A DNA stretch of 60,978 nucleotides, the filler included. It is 7 parts of 7 records of this genome, joined end to end, with 100 filler letters (N's around TTAATTAATTAA, not from the genome) between each part and the next. Parts side by side here need not be neighbours in the genome. Positions count along the whole stretch, not along the records: positions 42,412 to 55,481 come from SRR31147125_52296; 6 more parts are not named here. One strand, 5' to 3'. How positions within the stretch are numbered: position 1 is the stretch's first letter; every line of letters begins with the position of its first letter. The notes beneath the pieces were generated by a model. That model was given only the letters and a program-made list of their open reading frames with translations, ran no database searches and was not told the origin of the DNA. Made by a program: the position numbers and the translations under genes. Shown one piece after another: positions 42,870-52,847 of the stretch.

Positions 42870-44138
42870 TTAATGAAACCGTTTTTTGTCGGCCCATAAT
42901 CCAAGTGCTGGATTTGCAATAAAGAATATCCGTTCACCATTCACATCGTAAAAACCAGTCTGTTTTTCAAGTGGTTTGTATACATCCATCATATCCTGAA
43001 TATCCCCATACCGGTAGCCAGCACTTTCTATCTCCTCTCCAGTGAGCCCTCCGGGGCAATAGGTTATTTCAAACCTTCCATCTGCCGTCCCGTGAATAAG
43101 ATGAGCAGCAGCCGATAGATTGTTCTGCAAATCAGATTCCTTCGCTGTCTTTTGTAAAATATCTTCGGTGTTCGTATATCCGTATTTGCGAATCAACGTA
43201 TCAATTTCCAGATCTTCTCCAAAACCCGACACCCCTGGAGCAAGAACGATCAGTTCACCACCATCGGCAATTGCCATACGTGAACGATAGATGCTTTTAT
43301 TGCCAAGCCAGGTGGTGCGATACTCTTCCGGGTCCAGATAGACAATCACTTTATCTACAGGTTCTTCAAGCATGGTGAAGTTCACTTCAAGTGCTAGCTC
43401 GGCAGCTTGTGTAAATACTTCACGGTCATCACCGGCATACAACCCTTTAAGGGCCAGAGAGCCATCTTCTTCCGCTCCTACCACTGTCTGGATGAACACT
43501 ACTGGCAGATCTTGGCCGAATTGTTCGAAAGCACTGTCCATAATTGTCCGGACCGGATTATCAATCCGACCCATAATTCGTTCCATCCCATAGGCTGCCC
43601 CAAGGAAATGGCTTCTATTGATGCCTTCCCGACCTCCGGTACCAACGAAAATATTCTTCGTATAGTTCGCCATTCCGATAACTTCATGGGGCACTACCTG
43701 ACCGATGGATAAGATTAAATCGAATCCTCCTTCTAAAAGGAGTTTATTTATCTGAACCGGCCAGGAATATGACACGGTACCTTCCGACAGTTCTGTAAGT
43801 GTTTCAGCTGGAATTTCTCCAAGAGTCACTACATCATTTCGCCAGTCATGATCAATAAACAATTCATCGGGGATCGTACCGAACATTTTCTGCTTTTCAG
43901 CATCGGTCATCGGCACATGCGTGCCAAGTGCCGGCATAACCGCTTTCAGAGAATTCCCATAATAGGAATATGCTGTTTCCGTTATGCCGCCAGCCATGCT
44001 GTGATATCGTGTAATATCCGGCGGCAGGATCAGCACCTTTTTCCGCGGTCCGATTTTATTAAATATTTTCAGCAGAGATTCATCCAGATCGGACTTGTTA
44101 ATTACCGAATTTTTGGATCCTTTACCATAATAGAGCAT
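42870..44138 (-). CDS. LarA-superfamily (DUF2088) racemase/epimerase
   Basis: PDITR, ALGTH and PHEVIGMANYTK match the positions of the LarA active-site motifs. Confidence 0.85.
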   Translation of the reverse strand: MLYYGKGSKNSVINKSDLDESLLKIFNKIGPRKKVLILPPDITRYHSMAGGITETAYSYYGNSLKAVMPALGTHVPMTDAEKQKMFGTIPDELFIDHDWRNDVVTLGEIPAETLTELSEGTVSYSWPVQINKLLLEGGFDLILSIGQVVPHEVIGMANYTKNIFVGTGGREGINRSHFLGAAYGMERIMGRIDNPVRTIMDSAFEQFGQDLPVVFIQTVVGAEEDGSLALKGLYAGDDREVFTQAAELALEVNFTMLEEPVDKVIVYLDPEEYRTTWLGNKSIYRSRMAIADGGELIVLAPGVSGFGEDLEIDTLIRKYGYTNTEDILQKTAKESDLQNNLSAAAHLIHGTADGRFEITYCPGGLTGEEIESAGYRYGDIQDMMDVYKPLEKQTGFYDVNGERIFFIANPALGLWADKKRFH

Positions 44139-45023
44139 TTAGGCCTCCCATGGTGGATGTTCCGGCAGATACTGCTGGAATTCATCAATCAGCATCTTTT
44201 CATACTCTCCGGCATACGTTCCCGCAAAGAATCGATCGAGTCCCTCATTATGGAGGCGCTCCCAGGATGTATCTTCATTACCGGGATTTATGGGATAGAA
44301 CAGTACACCATTGGCTTTAGCCGCCTTCAGATCTCCGGGGGCATCACCGACCATCAATATATGATCCGGTGCGTATTTACCCACAGCCGCATAGGCCAGG
44401 TGTTCGGTTTTCGTTCCCATTTCCTGACCGGCAATAATTTCCACAAACTTTTCTATGTTATGTTCGGTCCATTCTCTGGTTAAGGCCTCTACCGGTGTTT
44501 GGGAAACAACAATCATATCGGCCAGGTTATCAACCTTTTCCAGACACTCCCTGACGTACGGGAATGGTGGTATACCATGCACCATTCGCTCAATTGTGTT
44601 GTTCACTGAAATTGAGTAATCATACACAATATCAAACTCCGGATCGGGATTTGTTTTCATTTCAGCTATCAAGGCGGGATTCCCAAGCTTTGTTTCCCGT
44701 TTAATCCAATCTCGCAGTAAAGCAAGTTCGGGAATTTCTTTACCCCTTTTTCGAACCTCCTCCCGCTGCTCTAAAAGTTCCATGGCCCAGATGACCGCCA
44801 AAAAACGGTTGCAGCCCCGCATTTTCGAATAGAGGTTCACAAAATCCCAGATTTCTCTGGCATAGCGAGAGACTGCCTGCAGGTTGAATTTTTCTATGAA
44901 ATTCGGGCAGAAACACTCCTTATGCTTTATCTCCATGGTATCGAATACACAACCGTCGGAATCCAGACCGATAAAATAGTCATGTGCCGGCTGTAGTTCT
45001 TTTAGTTTTTGTGCTGGATTCAT
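44139..45023 (-). CDS. HAD-family hydrolase
   Basis: LDSDGCVFD (motif I), VVSQT, K and MVGDAPGD. Confidence 0.92.
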   Translation of the reverse strand: MNPAQKLKELQPAHDYFIGLDSDGCVFDTMEIKHKECFCPNFIEKFNLQAVSRYAREIWDFVNLYSKMRGCNRFLAVIWAMELLEQREEVRKRGKEIPELALLRDWIKRETKLGNPALIAEMKTNPDPEFDIVYDYSISVNNTIERMVHGIPPFPYVRECLEKVDNLADMIVVSQTPVEALTREWTEHNIEKFVEIIAGQEMGTKTEHLAYAAVGKYAPDHILMVGDAPGDLKAAKANGVLFYPINPGNEDTSWERLHNEGLDRFFAGTYAGEYEKMLIDEFQQYLPEHPPWEA

Positions 45024-45177
45024 AGTAACATCCTTTTCTTTTTGTTTTTCGTAACTATTTGAAAGTTTTACCATACAAGTAAACAGTTGGTCAACATGAA
45101 TCATTTTTGGATTGCTTTATACTTAATTTTTTACAATATAATAGTTTATTATATTATTGTCATTTTAATATAGTATA

Positions 45178-45228
45178 TTGACATCCATGTTTGAAAAATA
45201 TATGCTTTTATAACGAAAGGAAACGAAA
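45178..45228 (+). promoter_or_regulatory. Sigma-70 promoter with a possible operator
   Basis: TTGACA-17 nt-TATGCT, then tandem AACGAAA at 45212-45228. Confidence 0.5.
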
Positions 45229-45231
45229 CAC

Positions 45232-45980
45232 ATGTATGCTGTTCGCCATGAAAAAATTCTAAAGCTGCTATCCCTGCTGAGGGAAGTTACCGTACCCGAG
45301 CTTGCCGAACGGCTCTCCGTATCGGAAGTAACCATACGTAAGGATCTCACCATACTGGAGAATATGGGCTGCCTGCTGCGTACTCACGGAGGGGCAGTAA
45401 TAGCCGAGGATTTCAGACTGATAAAATCCATCGACATCCGTCAGCGCGAAAATGTCGATAAAAAACAGGCTATTGCAGCAAAAGCCAAAGAGCTGGTTTC
45501 CAATGGTGATACTGTATATCTTGATTCGGGCAGCACTTGTCTGATACTGGCTAGAGAACTTCGTAATATGGATCTGCATATTGTTACGAATTCAATAGAT
45601 ATCATGGCAGAATTATCTGCGGCCCGTGGAATAGTACTGCACTCTCTGGGGGCAGTTTCCGCAGGGAATCGGGAACTTTTATTGGCCCGCATGCCTTAAA
45701 TGCTTTACGGGAATTCCAGTTCAGCATATGCTTTCTGGGAACAACGGGATTTTCCGATTCAGGAGTTTTCTCATCCCAAAATACTGTTGAATCCGACATG
45801 AAGCGTCAGGCACTGGCTCATTCCGCCCGACGTGTTATCGTTGCTGATTCAACAAAATTCGGTATATCCGCTTTCTCTATTTTCGCCCGCTCCGATGATG
45901 TGGACATGCTCATAACTGATGATACATTTCAAGCCTCCAGCAAACTGGAGATCTGTAATATAGAAACATTGCTTGGATAG
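45232..45980 (+). CDS. DeoR/GlpR-family regulator; frameshift near 45650
   Basis: VSEVTIRKDL...RTHGGA and LDSGST; VIVADSTKF...LITD continues in a second frame. Confidence 0.9.
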
Positions 45981-46029
45981 TGGTGAACTGTTTTCCAGCC
46001 AATTCCAACTGCAATGTAAAGGAGATATT

Positions 46030-47256
46030 TTGAAAGGCAATTGTGTCATAGCTCAAAGCGGCGGTCCGACAACCGTAATCAACTCCAGTGCCTGCGGCGT
46101 CATTCAGGAGGCTATCCGCCATCCTGAAATTGAGGGCGTTTTTGCGGCTCATAATGGAATTCTCGGGGTTGTGAATGAAGATTTATTCGATCTGCGCAGA
46201 GAATCATCAGACGCTATCGAGGAACTCCGGACAACCCCTGCCGCGGCACTGGGGTCATGTCGTTATAAGCTGAAAACCGAAGCTGATTACCAAAGAGTTC
46301 TGGATGTGTTTATCAAATACAATATTCGTTACTTCTTCTACATCGGCGGCAACGATTCCATGGACACAGCCGATAAGGTCAATAAACTTGCCGCAAGTAC
46401 TGGATATGAGTTCAGGGCAATGGGTGTTCCAAAAACCATTGACAATGATTTGGCCGGTACCGATCACTGTCCCGGATATGGAAGCGTAATCAAATATCTT
46501 GCTGCCATGACTATGGAGGCAGGCAGAGACACCGAAGCACTCTATACCACTGACACAGTAAATGTAATAGAGACCATGGGACGCAACGCAGGCTGGATAG
46601 CAGCTGGAACAGCTCTGGCAAAACGATCTGAAGAAGATGCGCCTCATATCATACTGCTGCCGGAAGTACCGTTTAATGACGAGGCCTTTATAGCACGGGT
46701 TCAGTACTTTCTGGATAAGCTGGGAAGATGTGTCATTGCAGCTTCGGAAGGAACACAATATGCCGATGGTACATATGTAGCCGAACAGAAAGGTGAATTC
46801 GCCAAGGATTCTTTCGGCCATGTGCAGTTAGGTGGTACAGGGTTATTCATAAAAAACCTGGTTGAAGCCAAAGCAGGGGTAAAAGCCCGCTTTGCTATTC
46901 CCTCCACATTACAACGGTCGGGTATGCATTTTGCTTCTAAAACCGATGCCGATGAGGCCTATATTGTCGGGAAGAGAGCAGTTGAACTAGCGGTCAATGG
47001 AGTAAGCGGTAAGATGGTTACTCTGGAACGGACCGCAGCAGATCCGTATACGTGCACAACCGGAACAGCAGAACTTTCCGATGTCGCGAATGGTGAAAAA
47101 CTGTTTCCCGCTGACTGGATAACCGAAGATGGATTTTTTGTAAAGCCGGAATTTTTGGCATATGCCAGACCCCTGATTATTGGTGAGGTTCAGCCGATAA
47201 TTGAAAGCGGCTTACCGAAATTCATGCGATTTGAACGATTCCCGGTAAAAATCTGA
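46030..47256 (+). CDS. pfp: PPi-type phosphofructokinase family protein
   Basis: AQSGGPT, GGNDS (Asp typical of PPi use), PKTIDND and MGR; AAAGGAG RBS before a TTG start. Confidence 0.85.
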   Translation: MKGNCVIAQSGGPTTVINSSACGVIQEAIRHPEIEGVFAAHNGILGVVNEDLFDLRRESSDAIEELRTTPAAALGSCRYKLKTEADYQRVLDVFIKYNIRYFFYIGGNDSMDTADKVNKLAASTGYEFRAMGVPKTIDNDLAGTDHCPGYGSVIKYLAAMTMEAGRDTEALYTTDTVNVIETMGRNAGWIAAGTALAKRSEEDAPHIILLPEVPFNDEAFIARVQYFLDKLGRCVIAASEGTQYADGTYVAEQKGEFAKDSFGHVQLGGTGLFIKNLVEAKAGVKARFAIPSTLQRSGMHFASKTDADEAYIVGKRAVELAVNGVSGKMVTLERTAADPYTCTTGTAELSDVANGEKLFPADWITEDGFFVKPEFLAYARPLIIGEVQPIIESGLPKFMRFERFPVKI

Positions 47257-47282
47257 CCCAAAACTATACAGAAGAGGTGTGT

Positions 47283-48098
47283 ATGAATTATGTAGACAAT
47301 ATGTTTGGATTAAACAGTAAAACAGTAATTTTAACAGGTGGCGGCGGAGCAATCGCAGGAGCTCTGGCTGAAGCTTTTCTGAAAAGCGGCGCTAATGTCG
47401 CTTTGTGGGATATAAAGCTTGAGTTTGCAGAAAAAGCAGCCGAACGATTATCTGAATTCGCAGATTCAAAAAATCAAATCCTACCACTGGAAGCGGATAC
47501 TACTTCAGAAGACTCTACCGCAGCAGCCCTGGAAAAAACCTTCGCTCAATTTAAATCGGTTGACATCCTGGTTAATGCTGCCGGAGGCAACAGAGGAAAG
47601 GCACCCTTCGTGGAAACCGATGTGGAACTCTTTGAAAAGGTTATAAAACTGAATCTTATTGCCGGTCTCGTTGTCCCTACTAAAGTAGTAGCAGGCTGGT
47701 GGAAAAAATACAGCGTAAAGGGAACGATCATCAATCTTGCATCTATGTCCTCCTATATACCCCTCTCAGGTATATGGGCCTATGACGCGGCAAAAGCAGG
47801 GGTGATGAATCTGACTATGGCAACCGCCAAGGAGTTCGCGGCTGACGGTATACGCGTAAATGCTCTTGCTCCGGGATTCTTTATCGGAAAACAAAACAGG
47901 GCTTTGCTTATTGATGAAACCAGCGGGGATCTTACACCGCGGGGGCAGGATGTTATCAACCACACCCCATTCGGCCGCTTTGGCGATGTTTCCGAACTGG
48001 CTGGAGCTGCTCTCTTTCTGGCAAGCAATAAAGCTGCGGGATTTGTTACAGGAATCACCCTTCCTGTTGATGGTGGATACCTTATTCACAACATCTAG
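47283..48098 (+). CDS. SDR oxidoreductase, D-mannonate oxidoreductase (YjmF/UxuB-SDR)-like
   Basis: TGGGGAIA, YDAAK and APGFF..QNRALL...LTPRG...HTPFGRFG. Confidence 0.8.
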   Translation: MNYVDNMFGLNSKTVILTGGGGAIAGALAEAFLKSGANVALWDIKLEFAEKAAERLSEFADSKNQILPLEADTTSEDSTAAALEKTFAQFKSVDILVNAAGGNRGKAPFVETDVELFEKVIKLNLIAGLVVPTKVVAGWWKKYSVKGTIINLASMSSYIPLSGIWAYDAAKAGVMNLTMATAKEFAADGIRVNALAPGFFIGKQNRALLIDETSGDLTPRGQDVINHTPFGRFGDVSELAGAALFLASNKAAGFVTGITLPVDGGYLIHNI

Positions 48099-48121
48099 CA
48101 GCTCAGGCTTGAATCGATCTC

Positions 48122-48156
48122 GGTAATTTACACCATCGAATGGTAATTCCCACCAT
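48122..48156 (+). promoter_or_regulatory. Tandem candidate PspF-type upstream activator sites
   Basis: GGTAATTTACACCAT and GGTAATTCCCACCAT, 20 bp apart and quasi-palindromic, 60-95 bp upstream of a sigma-54 promoter. Confidence 0.6.
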
Positions 48157-48216
48157 CACTCCTCTCTAATAAACCGAAAAACAGGCAAAATCTACCTAAT
48201 TACCGCAAAAAAAAGT

Positions 48217-48232
48217 TGGCACGCTTTATGCT
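48217..48232 (+). promoter_or_regulatory. Sigma-54 promoter of pspA
   Basis: TGGCAC-GCTTT-ATGCT. Confidence 0.75.
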
Positions 48233-48309
48233 TTATATAGTCGTACAGCAACTAAACGATTGCGAATTTTACAAATCATTAAAGATTATAGCTTATTTGG
48301 AGGAATTAC

Positions 48310-48993
48310 ATGAAAACAGCAAATCGTATCAAGCATATCACAAAAGCGAATATCAACTCGTTTCTGGATAAGGTGGAGAAGCCCCAGAAAATGATCGGCT
48401 TGATGATTCAGGAGATGGAAGAGGCTATCGTGGACCTGAAGAGCTCCATAGCAGCCAGAATTGAGGCCAAAAACTCAACAGAGGTTGAGGAAAAAGTGAT
48501 TGTCCAGCAGATTGAACGCTGGGAAGCACGCGCAAAGATGGCCGTTGAGAAGGACCGGGATGACCTGGCAAAAGAGGCTTTAGTTGAGAAAGCACGCCTG
48601 GAACGAAGCCTTGAACTGTTAAAAAATGACCTTGCCCAGTTCGACAAATTGATAACCGACGGTCGCGCAAGCATAGTCGAACTGGAAGAAAAACTTGAAC
48701 TGGTTCAGCAGCGCCAGCGCCTGCTTATTCAGCGCGGTATCCACGCGGTTGAAAAGAAAAAGGCCAATGAGATGCTGCGCAATGCCGAAAGCAACGAAGC
48801 ATATCGTCGTTTTCTCGAACTGGAAGCTAAAATTGAAAAAATTGAGGCCGAAGCGGAAGTCGAAGGCTTTACAGCTCCCGGCAAAACCGATGCCGAAGAT
48901 GAATTCTCAAAGATGGAATCGGACAGTGTCGTTGAACAGGAACTTGCGAAACTGAAGAAAAGCCTGAAAAAAGATACCAAGGCTAAGGAGTAA
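48310..48993 (+). CDS. pspA: Phage shock protein A (PspA/IM30)
   Basis: ANINSFLDKVEKPQKMI..MIQEME, WEARA...DLAKEAL; coiled-coil. Confidence 0.93.
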   Translation: MKTANRIKHITKANINSFLDKVEKPQKMIGLMIQEMEEAIVDLKSSIAARIEAKNSTEVEEKVIVQQIERWEARAKMAVEKDRDDLAKEALVEKARLERSLELLKNDLAQFDKLITDGRASIVELEEKLELVQQRQRLLIQRGIHAVEKKKANEMLRNAESNEAYRRFLELEAKIEKIEAEAEVEGFTAPGKTDAEDEFSKMESDSVVEQELAKLKKSLKKDTKAKE

Positions 48994-48996
48994 CCC

Positions 48997-49269
48997 ATGT
49001 CATACAAATATGAAGACTATTCATACCGTTATCGCAGCAGCGGTTATCGTGGATCAAAATCCAAAAAGAAACTGCGGCGCTCACGTGATGGAATCATCTG
49101 GGGTGTCTGTAAAGGGCTGGCCGACTGGCTGGAAATACCTGCCGGTTTTGTTCGGGTCCTCTATTTAGTCCTTATGCTGGTAACCGGGTTCTTCCCGCTT
49201 GGCTTGGCATACATACTAGCCGCAATATTTATTCCCCTGGAAGATGATACGGAAGACGGCTGGTTTTAA
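48997..49269 (+). CDS. pspC: PspC domain protein
   Basis: LRRSRDGIIWGVCKGLAD...AYILAAIFIP. Confidence 0.9.
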   Translation: MSYKYEDYSYRYRSSGYRGSKSKKKLRRSRDGIIWGVCKGLADWLEIPAGFVRVLYLVLMLVTGFFPLGLAYILAAIFIPLEDDTEDGWF

Positions 49270-49283
49270 CGGAGTTTGAGCGT

Positions 49284-49898
49284 ATGAACATAACGAAAAA
49301 TCGTACGGATAATCGTTTCCTTCTTTATGAACGAACCGTTTCAATTTTTCTGCTGATCCTTGGAGTGTCCATGATTGGAGTCTGGACACTCCTCTTCTTC
49401 ACAGGAGCGGCGGAATTCACCAATAATCCTAACGAAAATATGGCTCTCATGTTTCACCTTGGGTCAGAGCTCCTGCTTGCCGTCCTTGCACTTCTTACTG
49501 GAATTTATCTGTTATACTCTTCCAAGAAGGCACATCGGGGGCTTTTTTTCACACTAGGCCTGGCAATCGGATCCACCTTTAATGCACTGGTTTTCTATTT
49601 CTTTTCTGATTTTAATCTGGTTATGCTTATCATTCTCGGATTATTTTTTATCCTGTCGGCAGCGGCTTTTATTGCCGGCCTGTTCACCACAACCCTCGGG
49701 ATGGGCAAGCATCGCATGATGTACAAATTCGGGTTATTCCTTTTAGGATTGATGGTCTATTTTCTGCTTAATACAGCGACGATTTTTGCTGTACCGGGCT
49801 CCTGGTTTCTACTGGGTCAGGTTGTACTGTTTGTCATCTTGATTTTAGCTTATGCCGCAGCCCTGGTCAGTCAGACGAATGAACTCGCAAACGGCTAA
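49284..49898 (+). CDS. Hypothetical membrane protein, about six TM segments
   Basis: Hydrophobic ORF, 14 nt after pspC, with an RBS. Confidence 0.75.
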   Translation: MNITKNRTDNRFLLYERTVSIFLLILGVSMIGVWTLLFFTGAAEFTNNPNENMALMFHLGSELLLAVLALLTGIYLLYSSKKAHRGLFFTLGLAIGSTFNALVFYFFSDFNLVMLIILGLFFILSAAAFIAGLFTTTLGMGKHRMMYKFGLFLLGLMVYFLLNTATIFAVPGSWFLLGQVVLFVILILAYAAALVSQTNELANG

Positions 49899-50088
49899 TT
49901 GTTTCCGGGAATATTCCAGACAACATATTACCTGAAGGTTTTCACAGTAAGATAATCACAGAGTGTCTCACAGAGAGTCTCACACAGTAAGAAAATCATT
50001 GCTAAATTAGCTAATCATTTGTATAGTTAAACAACTACTCACAATTAACCATTTAATGAGTATTTGCCTAGAGAAATAATTACATACA

Positions 50089-51339
50089 ATGATGAAACCA
50101 GTAAAGCTCACAAAAAAACAGGCTGCACATTTTCTCACCTACTACCACGGTCTGCACAACAAACGGCAGACAACAGGTAAAGATGGTATCCTGGAAGTGT
50201 TCAATCGTCTTCGCACTATCCAGTTTGATCCGATAAACGTAACCGGGACCAATCCTGATTTGGTTCTGCAGTCCAGGGTTTCTGATTATACCCCCAATAT
50301 GCTGCAGGAATTGCTCTATAAAGACCGCGTACTGGCAGATGGGTGGGATAAGATGATGTCCATCTATCCTATTGACGATTGGTCCGGCTTTAATCCGCTC
50401 AGAAATCAGGTATATAAACGAAACGATGAACGGATTGATCGCTTACGCCCAACTTTGAAAAGCGTTTTGGCTGAGATAGAAGAAAAAGGTCCCGTTTCAT
50501 CTTTAGAACTTTCCGATTACGGCACCATAGATTGGCATTGGGCTCCCGCGGCACAATCCAGAGCTGCTTTGGACACCCTATTTTCCGCGGGAGAGATCAC
50601 GGTTCACCACCGGGTGAATACCCGCAAATACTATGATCTTACAACTCGGCTATTCCCAAAAAGGATACTGGACAGACAAATTATCTACGACAATCTTGAG
50701 AAATATCCGGAATGGCGGCTGCTGCGCCGTATTAAGGCTTTAGGCCTGATATGGGATAAGCCGGGTGACGGTTGGCTTGGGCTGCCGTCAAAACGCGTCA
50801 CCGAACGAAAAAAATTACTGAATCGTCTGGTTGTCTCCGGGGAAATTATTCCGGTATCGGTTGACGACTCTCTTCACACCTTCTATATGCCTGCATCTGC
50901 TTATGATGTTTTGGATGTATCCAATAATACCGAACCGTGTACTCATCAACCCTATTTCATTGCCCCGCTCGACAACATGATGTGGGACCGCAATCTGATA
51001 GAATTTCTCTTCGAATTCAATTACCGGTGGGAGATCTATAAACCAGTTTCCAAGCGAGAATATGGATATTATGTTCTCCCGGTTCTGTTTCACGGTCAAA
51101 TGGCAGCACGATTTGAACCGCTGCGTGTTAAACCAAAAAACGGAAATAAAGGCACTCTGCTGATTAAAAACTGGTGGTGGGAAGAATCGTTTACACATAC
51201 CGGCAAGAGAGAAAAAGCCCAATTACTGCAGACACTTCCAGATGCACTGCAGCGCTTTGCTCTTATGCTGGGCGTAGAGAATATACAATGTTCAGATACC
51301 GTTCCGCAAGAGATTGCCGAAGCATCTTTTGTTTCCTGA
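50089..51339 (+). CDS. YcaQ/AlkZ-family crosslink-repair DNA glycosylase
   Basis: IQFDPINV (QxD), APLDNMMWDR, YRWEIYKP..KREYGYYVLP. Confidence 0.9.
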   Translation: MMKPVKLTKKQAAHFLTYYHGLHNKRQTTGKDGILEVFNRLRTIQFDPINVTGTNPDLVLQSRVSDYTPNMLQELLYKDRVLADGWDKMMSIYPIDDWSGFNPLRNQVYKRNDERIDRLRPTLKSVLAEIEEKGPVSSLELSDYGTIDWHWAPAAQSRAALDTLFSAGEITVHHRVNTRKYYDLTTRLFPKRILDRQIIYDNLEKYPEWRLLRRIKALGLIWDKPGDGWLGLPSKRVTERKKLLNRLVVSGEIIPVSVDDSLHTFYMPASAYDVLDVSNNTEPCTHQPYFIAPLDNMMWDRNLIEFLFEFNYRWEIYKPVSKREYGYYVLPVLFHGQMAARFEPLRVKPKNGNKGTLLIKNWWWEESFTHTGKREKAQLLQTLPDALQRFALMLGVENIQCSDTVPQEIAEASFVS

Positions 51340-51467
51340 TGTTCGCAGCCTCCGATATTGTGAGTTTAATTGGATACATATCAACCTGACCATCCGAATC
51401 CCCCCGCACTATACTTTCTCAGCATTACAGGCTACACTGGACTGTGTCTTGATGTTAGAATTACTTC

Positions 51468-52772
51468 ATGCATCAGGATACAGGTAAATCCATGAAGCAG
51501 AACAATAACTGGTTCAAGCTTGATACGGCAGGAAACCTCTATCCGGCAATTGAGAGCTTGAAATATACGGGTATATACAGAATCAGCGCCTCATTTTGTG
51601 AACCAATTGATCCTAAAAAAATGCAGGAGGCTGCTAATCGGGTTATTACACGATTCCCCAGTATGCATGTCAGAATGCGGAAAGGGTTGTTCTGGTACTA
51701 TCTTGAAGAAAACAAAAAAAATCCAAGAGTAAAAAAAGATCTCCATTTCCCCTGTCGAAGACTTAACAGAAACCACAATAACAACTACCTGATTCGGATT
51801 TTATATAAAGATAGGGTACTTTCCGTAGAGTACTTTCATGCCGTGGCGGACGGCAGCGGAGCTTTGATTTTCTTCAATACCCTTGCGGCAGAGTATCTGA
51901 GAATATTGGGGGTCGAGATCCCCTACACACCAGAGATTCTTAACTACAAGGAAGCCCCACATCCGGAAGAGTACGAAAATTCATTTACCCGCTACTACAA
52001 AGGACGCTTGAAGCGCCGTGTCAAAGAACCGCCTGTATTTCATCCCTCAGGAACAAGACTGCCAAGCTCGATTTTCCTGTCAACGACGGGAGAAATTGAA
52101 GTAGATAAGCTTTTGGAAAAAACCCGTAAACTAGGCGTTTCAATCACCGAATATATTACCGCTATCGTAGCATACGCTCTCTACCAGATGCAGGAATCGC
52201 AGCGAAAATACCGCAGCAAACGCCCCATCAGAGTTTCGGTGCCGGTCAATCTGAGAAACTACTATAAATCCAGAACATTGCGGAATTTTTCCATGTTTAT
52301 CAAACCAGGAATCAATCCCGATCTCGGAGACTATACCTTTGAAGAAGTACTCTATCAGATTCATCATGAGATGCGGTATGAGCTTAGTGAAAAATATATT
52401 TCCGCGGCCATGAGCGCCAATGTCTCGATTGAACAGAATCCTGCAATACGGGCCGTGCCGCTATTCCTGAAAAATATTATTATGAATATAGTATTCAAAA
52501 ATTTTGGTGAAAATAAGCTTTCCGCTACCCTGTCCAACGTGGGAAGAGTTATATTACCGAAAGAGATGCAGGAACATATTGAAAATTACAGTCTGCTGAT
52601 TGGTCCCAACGCCATCAATCCGGTAAACTGCAGCATCCTGAGTTACAATGGCAAACTGCGCCTTACTATCGGCAGAACTATAATGGAGGCGGAGATGGAA
52701 CGGCTGATTTTTACCCAGTTCGTCAAAGAGGGAATACCGGTAGTGGTTAGTTCTGCTACCCCGCTGCCCTAA
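51468..52772 (+). CDS. Alcohol acetyltransferase / condensation-fold protein
   Basis: HAVADG (HxxxDG), VPVNLR, TLRNF and LSNVG. Confidence 0.8.
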   Translation: MHQDTGKSMKQNNNWFKLDTAGNLYPAIESLKYTGIYRISASFCEPIDPKKMQEAANRVITRFPSMHVRMRKGLFWYYLEENKKNPRVKKDLHFPCRRLNRNHNNNYLIRILYKDRVLSVEYFHAVADGSGALIFFNTLAAEYLRILGVEIPYTPEILNYKEAPHPEEYENSFTRYYKGRLKRRVKEPPVFHPSGTRLPSSIFLSTTGEIEVDKLLEKTRKLGVSITEYITAIVAYALYQMQESQRKYRSKRPIRVSVPVNLRNYYKSRTLRNFSMFIKPGINPDLGDYTFEEVLYQIHHEMRYELSEKYISAAMSANVSIEQNPAIRAVPLFLKNIIMNIVFKNFGENKLSATLSNVGRVILPKEMQEHIENYSLLIGPNAINPVNCSILSYNGKLRLTIGRTIMEAEMERLIFTQFVKEGIPVVVSSATPLP

Positions 52773-52847
52773 AAAGGCGTATTACATGACTCATGAGTCC
52801 GCAATATTTCAGAATATTGACGGTTTACATAGGAGAATAAAAACTAA

